A stretch of DNA of 64,000 nucleotides, taken from Obrimoposthia wandeli (Eukaryota). A model generated the notes under the pieces. That model was given only the letters and a program-made list of their open reading frames with translations. It searched no databases and was not told where the DNA came from. Positions within the stretch are counted from its first letter, which is position 1; each line of letters starts with the position of its first letter. The position numbers and the translations under genes were made by a program. This document shows positions 1 to 8,964 of the stretch, in pieces. The stretch lies in assembly GCA_977020255.1 (NCBI GenBank), contig CDROCS010002834.1, positions 310,001 to 374,000 on the forward strand. Direction: 5' to 3'.

Positions 1-93
1 CTACACACCCTTCCTCACGACTGAAAGTACTTTACAACCCGAAGGCCTTCTTCATACACGCGGCATGGCTGCATCAGGGTTTCCCCCATTGTG

Positions 94-176
<83 letters not shown>

Positions 177-185
177 GGGATCGTT

Positions 186-221
<36 letters not shown>

Positions 222-463
222 CCACCTGGGCTAATCTTAGCGCGAGAGGCCCGAAGGTCCCCCTCTTTGGTCCGAAGACGTTATGCGGTATTAGCTATCG
301 TTTCCAATAGTTATCCCCCACACTAAGGCATATTCCCAGGCGTTACTCACCCGTCCGCCGCTCGTCAGCAAAGAAAGCAAGCTTTCTTTCTGTTACCGCT
401 CGACTTGCATGTGTTAGGCCTGCCGCCAGCGTTCAATCTGAGCCATGATCAAACTCTTCAATT
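1..463 (-). rRNA. rrs: 16S rRNA, 5' part (continues past the left window edge)
   Basis: Reverse complement reads AATTGAAGAGTTTGATCATGGCTCAG (27F site) and ACTCCTACGGGAGGCAGCAG (338F site); V1 helix AACAGAAAGAAAGCTTGCTTTCTTTGCTG. Confidence 0.99.
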
Positions 464-614
464 AAAGTTCTGTTGGTCTTTCGACCGGCTCAATGATTTT
501 TACTGATATTCTTGTTTCATCTTCTTGCGAAGAATGAAGCATAAATTGACTGTGTCATCTTGCGATGATTAAGGTCACTCAGTTCATTGATAAATCTTTC
601 GACTTAAAATTTCA

Positions 615-656
615 CGAGTGCCCACACAGATTGCATGGTCAAATTGTTAAAGAACA
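615..656 (-). promoter_or_regulatory. rrn leader antitermination boxA and boxC
   Basis: Minus strand TGTTCTTTAACAA (644-656, boxA-like) followed by TCTGTGTGGGCACTCG (615-630, boxC). Confidence 0.9.
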
Positions 657-712
657 ACACTTAAACTCAAAATTAATGCCTTAGCATTAACTCATCATTG
701 AAGTGGACGGAC

Positions 713-740
713 ATTTTATCCAAATACATTATCGTGTCAA
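713..740 (-). promoter_or_regulatory. rrn P2 sigma70 promoter
   Basis: TTGACA (735-740), 16-bp spacer, TAAAAT (713-718), GC-rich discriminator. Confidence 0.88.
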
Positions 741-805
741 GCACTTTATAATGATTCTTTATCCGTGCATCGATTGACCGGCTGTTCACCGTTTCGATGG
801 GCCGC

Positions 806-833
806 ATTATAGAGAATCAAATACTATTGGCAA
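806..833 (-). promoter_or_regulatory. rrn P1 sigma70 promoter with A/T-tract UP element upstream
   Basis: TTGCCA (828-833), 16-bp spacer, TATAAT (806-811), discriminator GCGGCCC; A-tracts at 837-854. Confidence 0.9.
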
Positions 834-977
834 GGAGAAAAACACGAAAAAAAACCATCTGATTACTTATTCCGCAAAGGTGTCACTCTCAAACCAATCC
901 GAACAATTTAAACACTCTTGTTAGGGCTGCCATGTCTAAAGCTATCAAATAACTTAATACGAAAATTATGTGCATTG

Positions 978-993
978 TGGCATCAAGATTGTA
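978..993 (+). promoter_or_regulatory. candidate sigma54 promoter upstream of the EPS locus
   Basis: TGGCATCAAGATTGTA: GG-N10-GT spacing, good -24 element, variant -12; about 300 nt upstream of the first ATG. Confidence 0.4.
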
Positions 994-1300
994 TGGCTAA
1001 TAAGAATGAAGCTGACTTAATCAATACTATGACAAAAGAGCAAAACGAAATGCAATCTGCACATGTCTGCTTATTTTACATTTTAAAGTGGATTTATTTC
1101 TAAATGAGCAACCATCATTCTTAAAGAAAGCAGTTTGTAAAAGAACACCTAAAATATTGGGGCTTATATAAAAGGAATACTAGTATGACGTTATCGCAAT
1201 CATACGCTTTAGAAGAAAACAGTCGTTGTCCATATCTAGCATTAAAACCAAACCACTTTAGTCACCATATACCACAGTATATAGAGAGAGCCTAAGCACG

Positions 1301-2632
1301 ATGAAACGATGCAATCAATTATGGATAGCATTTGGCGGATGTATTTTTACCTATGTAGCATGGGCTCAACTGAGCGTTGATAGCTTATTGCTTTGCGCAA
1401 TCATTCTTTTCCCATTTATCATCAACCACTCATTTACTGTATGCATCCTCTTTATTCTCTTTTCTTATTTTCGCCTACATGAAGCTTTCCCTATTTTAAT
1501 GCCATTTCACATCCCCCTTCTACTCGCAACGTTTAGCATTGCAGGATTATGCATCCATCTATGGCTAAAACGTGACGAGATTCATTGGCACTCGTTGCAG
1601 ACATTTTTTTTACTGTTCAGTTTTTGGGTCTTTATCTCATGCTTGTTTGCTACAAATCGAGCCGAGGCATTCGCAACATTTAACAATAGCTTTATTAAAA
1701 TAATCATTATGGTTTTTGCTATTAGCTGGCTACCGACTAAACAACAACAATTAAAGCCGATACCTATTTTATTAATACTCTGCGGCGTCAGCCTCTCTAT
1801 TGTAGCTTTATATAATCGGATCAACGGTATTGGGTTAGTCGAAGGTACTCGCGTCACTATTGGTCGAGATATCGGATCAATTTTGGGTGATCCAAATGAT
1901 TTATCTCTTGCTCTTCTATTCCCTCTTTCTTTTGCATTAGCCAATGTTTTTCAAGGCAACAAAGCACAACGTACTATGACCACTTTATTTTTAATCATTA
2001 TGATCAGCGGCATCATTGCGACTCAGAGCCGAGGTGGGTTACTTGGTATTACTTCCGCAGTATTCACTTTAATGTTGTTACGGAGCCGCTCAATTGTCAT
2101 GCCTTCAATAATCAGTGGTATTGGATTATTACTCCTTGTGGCATTTGCAGGTATAAGCGACCGATCGTCAGGAGGAGCAGGAGAAGAAGGTATTGACGAG
2201 TCTTCAATGGGCCGCTTATATGCGTGGCAAGCAGCATTTAGAATGGCACTAGCCAATCCTTTTTCAGGGGTTGGACTTGATAACTTTTATTTTAACTACT
2301 TTTTTTACTCTCCCCACTGGGATGGCAAAAACCACGCTGTACACAGTACATGGTTTCAAATTTTAGGTGAAACAGGCTTTATTGGCTTTCTCTTGTTTAT
2401 TTGCTTACTCATCGGCACCTTTACGCTGAGCTACCGATTACTGAGCCGCCTACGCAACCATGAAATGAAACCGATGGCTGAAGGATTATGGATAGGGCTA
2501 ATCACTTTTTGTGTTAGTGGCACCTTTCTCACTCAAGGAACAACATGGCCTTTATATATCTTAATTAGCTTATTAATCGCCTTAGACAGACTAACGAGCA
2601 ACGACACCATTGCACGCCCAATATTGAGGTAA
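1301..2632 (+). CDS. O-antigen ligase/Wzy-like polysaccharide polymerase (SypL-like)
   Basis: About 12 hydrophobic segments; motifs GDPNDL, TQSRGG, GVGLDNF, HAVHSTWFQILGETG. Confidence 0.85.
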   Translation: MKRCNQLWIAFGGCIFTYVAWAQLSVDSLLLCAIILFPFIINHSFTVCILFILFSYFRLHEAFPILMPFHIPLLLATFSIAGLCIHLWLKRDEIHWHSLQTFFLLFSFWVFISCLFATNRAEAFATFNNSFIKIIIMVFAISWLPTKQQQLKPIPILLILCGVSLSIVALYNRINGIGLVEGTRVTIGRDIGSILGDPNDLSLALLFPLSFALANVFQGNKAQRTMTTLFLIIMISGIIATQSRGGLLGITSAVFTLMLLRSRSIVMPSIISGIGLLLLVAFAGISDRSSGGAGEEGIDESSMGRLYAWQAAFRMALANPFSGVGLDNFYFNYFFYSPHWDGKNHAVHSTWFQILGETGFIGFLLFICLLIGTFTLSYRLLSRLRNHEMKPMAEGLWIGLITFCVSGTFLTQGTTWPLYILISLLIALDRLTSNDTIARPILR

Positions 2633-2674
2633 TGACAACCTTTACAGCAGAGCTCATCCAATTGAAGGCTTAAA

Positions 2675-2694
2675 TTGCAATTTGCAATTTGCAA
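2675..2694. repeat. (TTGCAAT)x2.9 tandem heptamer
   Basis: TTGCAAT TTGCAAT TTGCAA in the intergenic region 31 nt upstream of the 2726 ATG. Confidence 0.8.
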
Positions 2695-2725
2695 AAACGA
2701 AAGTACAACAACCTAAGGAGTATTT

Positions 2726-3862
2726 ATGGAATTTCTTGTATTTGGTGAAGATTGGGGACGGCACCCTTCAAGTAGCCAGCACTTACTTTCAGTACTAATG
2801 CGTGATCATTCTGTAACTTGGATAAACTCCATAGGGTTAAGGCAACCCAACTTTACAATGCGAGATTTTAAACGCATTAATGAAAAAATCACTACAGCCC
2901 TCACTAATTATGAACCACCAGCATTATCCATTCAGCCAACAAAAATCATCAAACCTTTAGTATGGCCTTTAGCAAAAGGTTCTAGCACCCGAAAAATAAA
3001 TCAGTTTTTATTGAAAAAACAAATTCCAACCAAGCGATACCAACGAATTATATGGGCAGCATTACCTACCGCAATTGACTATCTCGATATAAGTGACAGT
3101 GATTTGGTGATTTATTATTGTGGCGATGATTTTTCTGCCCTTGCCGGTGTTGACCATCAATATGTCGTTGAAGCTGAAAAACGTCTTGTTCAAGCATCTG
3201 ATATCATTCTTACTGCTAGCTCAACGTTACAACAAAAATTTCCACAAGATAAAACTTGGCTTCTGCCTCATGGTGTGTCTATAAATAGCTTTAAACAACC
3301 AAGCCCTAAACCTCTTAATATATGCACAGAACAACCTAGCATTGGTTTTTATGGCAGCATTAACAATTGGTTAGATATAGAACTACTCAAATGTTTAGCG
3401 AAATCTCGTCCAAATATAAATTTCTATCTAGTTGGTAGAGAAGATATTGATACCCTTTCACTCAAGAAACTCTCGAATATCCACCTTTTACCTGCCTGCC
3501 CCCACAATCAACTGCCTGGGTACCTGCAACATTGGTCTGCCGCCATTTTACCTTTTATTGATAACCCTCAAATACACGCTTGTAACCCTTTAAAGCTAAG
3601 GGAGTACCTCGCTTCTGGATGTCCGGTCATTAGTTCCAATTTTCCAGCAGCAGCCGAATACCAACCACTGGTCACCATTGCAACGAATGTTAATCAATGG
3701 CTGGAAGCAATCGATAAATTAATCTTATTATCAGTTTCAGAACGCCAACATTATGCAATTAGAGCACAAGATAAAGTAAAAGATGAAAGCTGGGAAAATA
3801 GAGCTCAAGAAGTACTCCAATTAATTTCATCTACATTAAATCACAAGAAATCTTCGACTTAA
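2726..3862 (+). CDS. GT-B glycosyltransferase (family 1/4, SypN-like)
   Basis: VFGEDWGRHPSSSQHL N-terminus; IGFYGSI and NPLKLREYLASGCPVISS donor-binding motif. Confidence 0.85.
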   Translation: MEFLVFGEDWGRHPSSSQHLLSVLMRDHSVTWINSIGLRQPNFTMRDFKRINEKITTALTNYEPPALSIQPTKIIKPLVWPLAKGSSTRKINQFLLKKQIPTKRYQRIIWAALPTAIDYLDISDSDLVIYYCGDDFSALAGVDHQYVVEAEKRLVQASDIILTASSTLQQKFPQDKTWLLPHGVSINSFKQPSPKPLNICTEQPSIGFYGSINNWLDIELLKCLAKSRPNINFYLVGREDIDTLSLKKLSNIHLLPACPHNQLPGYLQHWSAAILPFIDNPQIHACNPLKLREYLASGCPVISSNFPAAAEYQPLVTIATNVNQWLEAIDKLILLSVSERQHYAIRAQDKVKDESWENRAQEVLQLISSTLNHKKSST

Positions 3863-3870
3863 TCCCACAT

Positions 3871-3887
3871 TCGGCATTTTTTTTGCT
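3871..3887 (+). promoter_or_regulatory. candidate sigma54 promoter with T8 tract
   Basis: TCGGCATTTTTTTTGCT: GG(3873-74)-N10-GC(3885-86); predicted +1 near 3898, SD AGGGAG and ATG 3926 follow. Confidence 0.65.
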
Positions 3888-3925
3888 ACACCTTTCTATA
3901 CGCCATCAATAAAAGGGAGATAAAG

Positions 3926-4264
3926 ATGAAATGGATTGGGTACTTTATTTTGACATCATTCTTATGGGGCTGCGCAAGCTCTCCACAAACAAGCCAAGAA
4001 CTAGAGCTCTTTTTTAGTCCGGAACAAATTTCACTGACGGCAGAACAAACACGAAAGATTAACGTTTTTTTAGAAAATAACCCTTATAACCAACTCACGG
4101 TGTATGTTGGGCCTGCAAATTTAGACGATAAATTTAAAGCATTATTACAAAGTCAAAAGCGTATTAAAGCTGTCAACAAATTATCACAAGTTAAAGATAT
4201 ACCAATGCGGTTGGAATTTGCACCACAACAAGCAGCCGATACGCTGTTAATTCAGAGTCAGTAG
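3926..4264 (+). CDS. small lipoprotein of unknown function (possible degenerate OmpA-like fold)
   Basis: Good SD; hydrophobic signal peptide with lipobox LWGC; ends 1 nt before the next gene. Confidence 0.75.
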   Translation: MKWIGYFILTSFLWGCASSPQTSQELELFFSPEQISLTAEQTRKINVFLENNPYNQLTVYVGPANLDDKFKALLQSQKRIKAVNKLSQVKDIPMRLEFAPQQAADTLLIQSQ

Positions 4265-4265
4265 T

Positions 4266-5693
4266 ATGCGCCATTTGGTCTTTGCCCGGCTCTACCCTTT
4301 ACTCCATGCTTTATGGCGCTATCGGTATTTGATTTTAATTCCAATCATTATCATGCCGATTTTAATGACTTCTGGCGGTTTATTTAAAGCTAAGCGTTAC
4401 TATTCAGAGACAACAATCTTGGTGCAAGAATCAGCAATGCTTAATCCATTTTTGGAAGACCTCTCAATCTCTGTCAACTTAAAGCAACGAATTAAAGCAT
4501 TACAAGTCATCATTCATAGCCGAAATATTTTAGAACAAGTCATCCATGATTTAGGCCTAGCACCTCCCGATGATTTACTTCTAACAGATAATATGATCCA
4601 CATACTGCGTAAAAACTTATCTCTTTCACTACTTGGTAATGATCTTGTTCAACTTAGCCTAACCTGGTCAACACCATCAGAAATGCCTTTAATTTTAAAT
4701 ACAGTATCTGATGTTTTTAAAGAAAAATTACGCGCGCCAGGACGAGCATCTGTTGATGGTTCTGAACTGTTCTTACAACGACAATTAGATACAACCCAAT
4801 TAGATCTCGAATTAGCAGAGAGTGCTCTTGCGAAATTCAAAACAGCTAACGCCAATAACCTACCTCAATTACAAGGTGCAAAAGCACAAAATGATCTCCA
4901 GTTAGCCAATCAAATCCGTGAAACTGAACTGAACTTACTACAGGCTAAAAGCAAGCGAGCCAATCTTTATCAGAGGCTAGCCAGCACCAACCCTGTTGTT
5001 GGTATCTTAGAGCAAGAGATCGTCAAAGCTGAGGCTGAACTGGCCATATTACGCGCAAGCTACACTGACCAACACTCATCCGTTAAAGGTGTGATCCGAC
5101 GACTTAAACGTTTAAAGCAGGAAAGATCTCGTCTTGTTGATGAACAACAAGCTTTGAGTTCACAGGAAATAAATCAACTGTGGCAGCGAATTGCAAACAG
5201 CAATCAAAGTAACGACCCAACTAAGCAACCGATCTTATTAAGTCAATTTGAAAAGCTACAACATGCAGAAAGCCAAATTCAAGCATCAAGCGAAGAACTC
5301 TCCCTGTTAAAAAAACAAACCAACGAACTATCAGAAAAACGAATGGAATTTGCAGGTTTAGAAAAGCAGCTAAAAATATTACAACGAAACTACGATGTTA
5401 AATCAAGTATTTACAATCAGCTATTTGAGCGTTATGAAATGGCCAAGATAACAGGACACCTTGGCCGTTTTGAAGAACCCGAAAAATTAAAAGTGATTGT
5501 GCAGCCAATAGAACCTAAGAGACCACTGAACTGGCCATGGTGGATCAATTTTTGCTTAGGTATTGTTGTTGGTTTTGGATTAGGGACCTCCCTTGTAGGA
5601 GTCGTCATCCTATTTGATACACGTCTTTATCAAACCGACCATATTGCCAAATTAACACAATCACAGGTACTGGTTCGAGTACCTCTGTTTTAG
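4266..5693 (+). CDS. polysaccharide co-polymerase/chain-length determinant (SypO/GumC/Wzz-like)
   Basis: N- and C-terminal TM helices flanking a long coiled coil; YYSETTILVQ and P-x-x-P-x-x-P before TM2; no kinase domain. Confidence 0.85.
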   Translation: MRHLVFARLYPLLHALWRYRYLILIPIIIMPILMTSGGLFKAKRYYSETTILVQESAMLNPFLEDLSISVNLKQRIKALQVIIHSRNILEQVIHDLGLAPPDDLLLTDNMIHILRKNLSLSLLGNDLVQLSLTWSTPSEMPLILNTVSDVFKEKLRAPGRASVDGSELFLQRQLDTTQLDLELAESALAKFKTANANNLPQLQGAKAQNDLQLANQIRETELNLLQAKSKRANLYQRLASTNPVVGILEQEIVKAEAELAILRASYTDQHSSVKGVIRRLKRLKQERSRLVDEQQALSSQEINQLWQRIANSNQSNDPTKQPILLSQFEKLQHAESQIQASSEELSLLKKQTNELSEKRMEFAGLEKQLKILQRNYDVKSSIYNQLFERYEMAKITGHLGRFEEPEKLKVIVQPIEPKRPLNWPWWINFCLGIVVGFGLGTSLVGVVILFDTRLYQTDHIAKLTQSQVLVRVPLF

Positions 5694-5703
5694 GGGTAAT
5701 CCA

Positions 5704-6777
5704 ATGAAACACATCACATTACAAGTTGTTCAACATCTACAACCAGGAGGAATAGAAAAACTGGTGCTGAATCTCGCTCGGTTTGCCTCCCCTTGCCACC
5801 AAGTTTATATCGTCGCACTCGAAGGGAATAAAGAAACAGCCATAATGCAGTGGCCTGAATTACGCACTTTCGAATCACAATTATTTTTCCTCAATAAACC
5901 TACGGGTATGAATATTTCAACCATTATCAAGTTAAAAAAACTGATAGCAAAACTGAATGTAACCATGCTTCATTCACACCATATCGGTCCTTTATTATAT
6001 AGCCGACTAGCATTATTGGGGCATAACGCAACACACATACATACTGAACACGATAGCTGGCATCTAGCCGATAAAAAGCAGTGCCGCATGACACGTTACT
6101 TACTGAAAACTAATAGAGTAAAACTCATTGCTGATGCACCAAGAGTTGCCTATCAACTAGAAAAAATATTATTACTCCGCCCAGATCATGTAATTTGTAA
6201 TGGTATTGATACCCAGTATTTCACCCCAGGAAATCAGCTCATCGCACGTAAACAATTTAACCTTCCATTGGATAAAAAACTGATCGGTTGTGCCGGTCGA
6301 CTGGTTAAAGAAAAAGGGATTGATACATTAATAAGGGCGCTTCATGACCTACCTGAAGATCACCACCTTGTTATCGCTGGTGATGGTTCTCAATCTCTAC
6401 AATTACGCGCAGAAGCACATAAATGGCTGGTTACTGATCGTATACATTGGCTTGGTTATTGCGCTCAAATGCGTAACTTCTACCGTGCTATTGATGTTTT
6501 TTGTATGCCGTCTCGTCAAGAGGGCCTTCCTCTTGCATTATTAGAAGCGCAATCTTGTGGTAATAGTATTGTTGCAACGACGGTAGGCGCAATCCCTGAT
6601 CTTATTTGCCCGCAAACAGGAATTTTAGTTCCGCCAGATGATGAAACAGCGCTAACAAAGGCATTAATACAAGTATTAGATCAAGACCCAAATACAGTGA
6701 ATCAAACAGTACAGTTCATTCAACACCAAGCAGACGTGAGAGCCATGACTGCTGCATATGAAGCATTATCCTGTTAA
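5704..6777 (+). CDS. GT4 glycosyltransferase (SypP-like by position)
   Basis: QPGGIEK, HSHH, GCAGRLVKEKG, PSRQEGLPLALLEAQ. Confidence 0.9.
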   Translation: MKHITLQVVQHLQPGGIEKLVLNLARFASPCHQVYIVALEGNKETAIMQWPELRTFESQLFFLNKPTGMNISTIIKLKKLIAKLNVTMLHSHHIGPLLYSRLALLGHNATHIHTEHDSWHLADKKQCRMTRYLLKTNRVKLIADAPRVAYQLEKILLLRPDHVICNGIDTQYFTPGNQLIARKQFNLPLDKKLIGCAGRLVKEKGIDTLIRALHDLPEDHHLVIAGDGSQSLQLRAEAHKWLVTDRIHWLGYCAQMRNFYRAIDVFCMPSRQEGLPLALLEAQSCGNSIVATTVGAIPDLICPQTGILVPPDDETALTKALIQVLDQDPNTVNQTVQFIQHQADVRAMTAAYEALSC

Positions 6778-6801
6778 ATAAACCTTACACTCGAGGCTGT
6801 C

Positions 6802-8595
6802 ATGATTTTAGGATGGATCATTTTATTTGTAATAACTGCCGTTATTATCTATCACCACTTTGTTTATACCGCAGCATTAGTTTGGTTGGGAAAAAAAAGA
6901 AAAAATGAGATAAAAGAAAAACACAAAGATCCATTAACTTTCCCCCGTATCTCTCTCATCATGCCCGCTCATAATGAAGGGGCTTACATTGAAGCCAAGC
7001 TCGCGAATATATTAATGCTCGATTATCCGGCTGAAAAATTACAGGTTTTAATCTGCTGTGATGGCTGTAGTGATAATACAGCTGAAATTATTGCACAGTA
7101 TGAATCGCAATTTACCGCTGCTGGAATCAGTCTTAAATGCTGGGTTAAAAAAAACAACCGAGGAAAATTAGCCCGCCTCAATGAATTAATGACTTATGCA
7201 AAAAACAAAACCGACATTATTTCTCTTACCGATACCTCAGCCTTAATATCAATTGATGCATTAAAACAAGTTGCTAGAAATTTTGAAAATGAACAAACAG
7301 GTGCAATTACTTGTAGCTATTTACTGGCCTCTCCTTCTGACGGTGAAAAACAGTATTGGCAATGGCAGAATAATATCCGTTCTGCTGAGTCTCAATTGGG
7401 CAGTGTTATCGGAGGAAATGGTGCATTTTATGCCATGAGATCTCACCTCTACTCTCCTCTTCCCGAAGATACGATCAATGATGATTTCATTTTACCTATG
7501 ATGGTATTAAAGCAAGGCTTTAACGTTATCTTTAATCAAAACATCAACAGTGTTGAAATTGCACCAACAAGTCAAAATGAAAATCATCAAAGACGACAAA
7601 GAATTGGAGCCGGTAATCTACAACAATTAATCCGTTGCCAATTTGTCTTTACACACAAAAGCCTGGGAGTCCGTTGGTTGTTTACTTCAGGTAAAGGCCT
7701 GCGCACAGTGATGCCATTCCTATTCGTGGGTTATTTCATTACTTCAGTATTAATGGCATTACAAGGATCGATATTGGCCTTGGGCATGGTGCTTACTCAA
7801 TTATTGATATACGGTGTTGCATCTCTACCGCTAATCAATATCCATTCAAAGGTTATCGATAAAGTTCATTACATTATCGGGTCATACTATTCCTCTTTAC
7901 TCGGCATGCTGCGTTATTGCAACGGACAATTTACGCAAGGGTGGCGCCATTTACCGCCCCTGAGTAACTATCAAACACAATCAACCCAAACTATAAAGCG
8001 ACTGAGCGATATCATTTTTAGCTGCATAGGCCTTACTCTTACATTGCCGCTATGGCCATTCATCGCCTTCGCCATTAAATACGATTCTTCAGGTCCTATC
8101 TTTTATCGTCAAATACGAGTCGGCCAAATAAGTGAAACAAAAGTAGAGTTATTTGAAATATTTAAGTTTCGTACCATGACAAATGATGCAGAAAAAAAAT
8201 CTGGCGCGGTATGGGCGACAAAAAATGACCCTCGAATAACCCATATTGGTCGCTTTTTGCGTGCAACACGCTTAGACGAACTCCCACAATTCATCAATGT
8301 AATAAGAGGCGACATGTCTTTAATTGGTCCTCGCCCTGAACGACCAGAAATGTGCGGTAATTTGCAAAATGCATTGCCATTCTATTTAGAAAGAACAACG
8401 GGGCTTCGACCAGGCCTAACAGGTTTAGCGCAAGTTAACAGTGGTTACGACAATGATCTTGAAGATGTCAAAAATAAAATAGCTTGGGATCATGCTTATG
8501 CCATCGCATTAAGCTCACCAATACAGTGGCTTAGAATGGATTTATATATTCTATTTAAGACATCTTACATTATGTTTGCCAAGCGAGGGCAATAA
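6802..8595 (+). CDS. GT2 glycosyltransferase fused to a priming phosphoglycosyl (sugar) transferase (SypQ+SypR-like)
   Basis: N-half: PAHNE, CDGCSD, GGNGAFYAMR, INDDF; C-half: KRLSD, KFRTM, DPRIT, DELPQ, DMSLIGPRPE; single uninterrupted frame. Confidence 0.88.
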   Translation: MILGWIILFVITAVIIYHHFVYTAALVWLGKKRKNEIKEKHKDPLTFPRISLIMPAHNEGAYIEAKLANILMLDYPAEKLQVLICCDGCSDNTAEIIAQYESQFTAAGISLKCWVKKNNRGKLARLNELMTYAKNKTDIISLTDTSALISIDALKQVARNFENEQTGAITCSYLLASPSDGEKQYWQWQNNIRSAESQLGSVIGGNGAFYAMRSHLYSPLPEDTINDDFILPMMVLKQGFNVIFNQNINSVEIAPTSQNENHQRRQRIGAGNLQQLIRCQFVFTHKSLGVRWLFTSGKGLRTVMPFLFVGYFITSVLMALQGSILALGMVLTQLLIYGVASLPLINIHSKVIDKVHYIIGSYYSSLLGMLRYCNGQFTQGWRHLPPLSNYQTQSTQTIKRLSDIIFSCIGLTLTLPLWPFIAFAIKYDSSGPIFYRQIRVGQISETKVELFEIFKFRTMTNDAEKKSGAVWATKNDPRITHIGRFLRATRLDELPQFINVIRGDMSLIGPRPERPEMCGNLQNALPFYLERTTGLRPGLTGLAQVNSGYDNDLEDVKNKIAWDHAYAIALSSPIQWLRMDLYILFKTSYIMFAKRGQ

Positions 8596-8596
8596 C

Positions 8597-8612
8597 TGGC
8601 ACAGGCTTTGTA
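8597..8612 (+). promoter_or_regulatory. candidate sigma54 promoter of the sypABCD-like operon
   Basis: TGGCACAGGCTTTGTA: perfect TGGCAC -24 element, GG-N10-GT; starts 2 nt after the upstream stop and 41 nt before ATG 8653. Confidence 0.65.
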
Positions 8613-8652
8613 TTACTCCTTATAAGTCCAAACATTTATATAAGGCGGTTAT

Positions 8653-8964
8653 ATGTTAGCTCTTTCCCAACCAGCAATTGCACTTTCTTTAGACCATGAA
8701 TTCGATGTCCAGAGTGCTAGGCAGCTAGAAGTTGAATTTGAAACTTTAAGTAATACAGAAAAAAATGAGCTAGTCATTGATATGACGCAAGTACAATTTA
8801 TTGACTCTTGTGGAATCGGTGCCATTGTTTTCTTATACAAACGTCTAAAAAGCCGTGATAAAAATTTATGTCTACTCAATGTCAATGGTCAGCCTCGAAA
8901 GCTTATGCAAATGCTACGAATTGACAAAGTTATCCCCCTGATCACTTCTGCGGAGTTTTTATGA
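8653..8964 (+). CDS. sypA: STAS anti-sigma-factor antagonist (SypA-like)
   Basis: 103 aa; VIDMTQVQFIDSCGIGAIVFLYKRL matches the STAS phospho-Ser loop. Confidence 0.85.
   Translation: MLALSQPAIALSLDHEFDVQSARQLEVEFETLSNTEKNELVIDMTQVQFIDSCGIGAIVFLYKRLKSRDKNLCLLNVNGQPRKLMQMLRIDKVIPLITSAEFL

Noticed and set aside
918-1103. 61-aa ORF between rrn P1 and the EPS locus
   Set aside because: TTG start, no SD or motif, and it overlaps rrn upstream regulatory DNA and the candidate sigma54 site.
2664-2680. AGGCTTAAATTGCAA as a fifth sigma54 promoter
   Set aside because: GG-to-GC spacing is 8, not 10.
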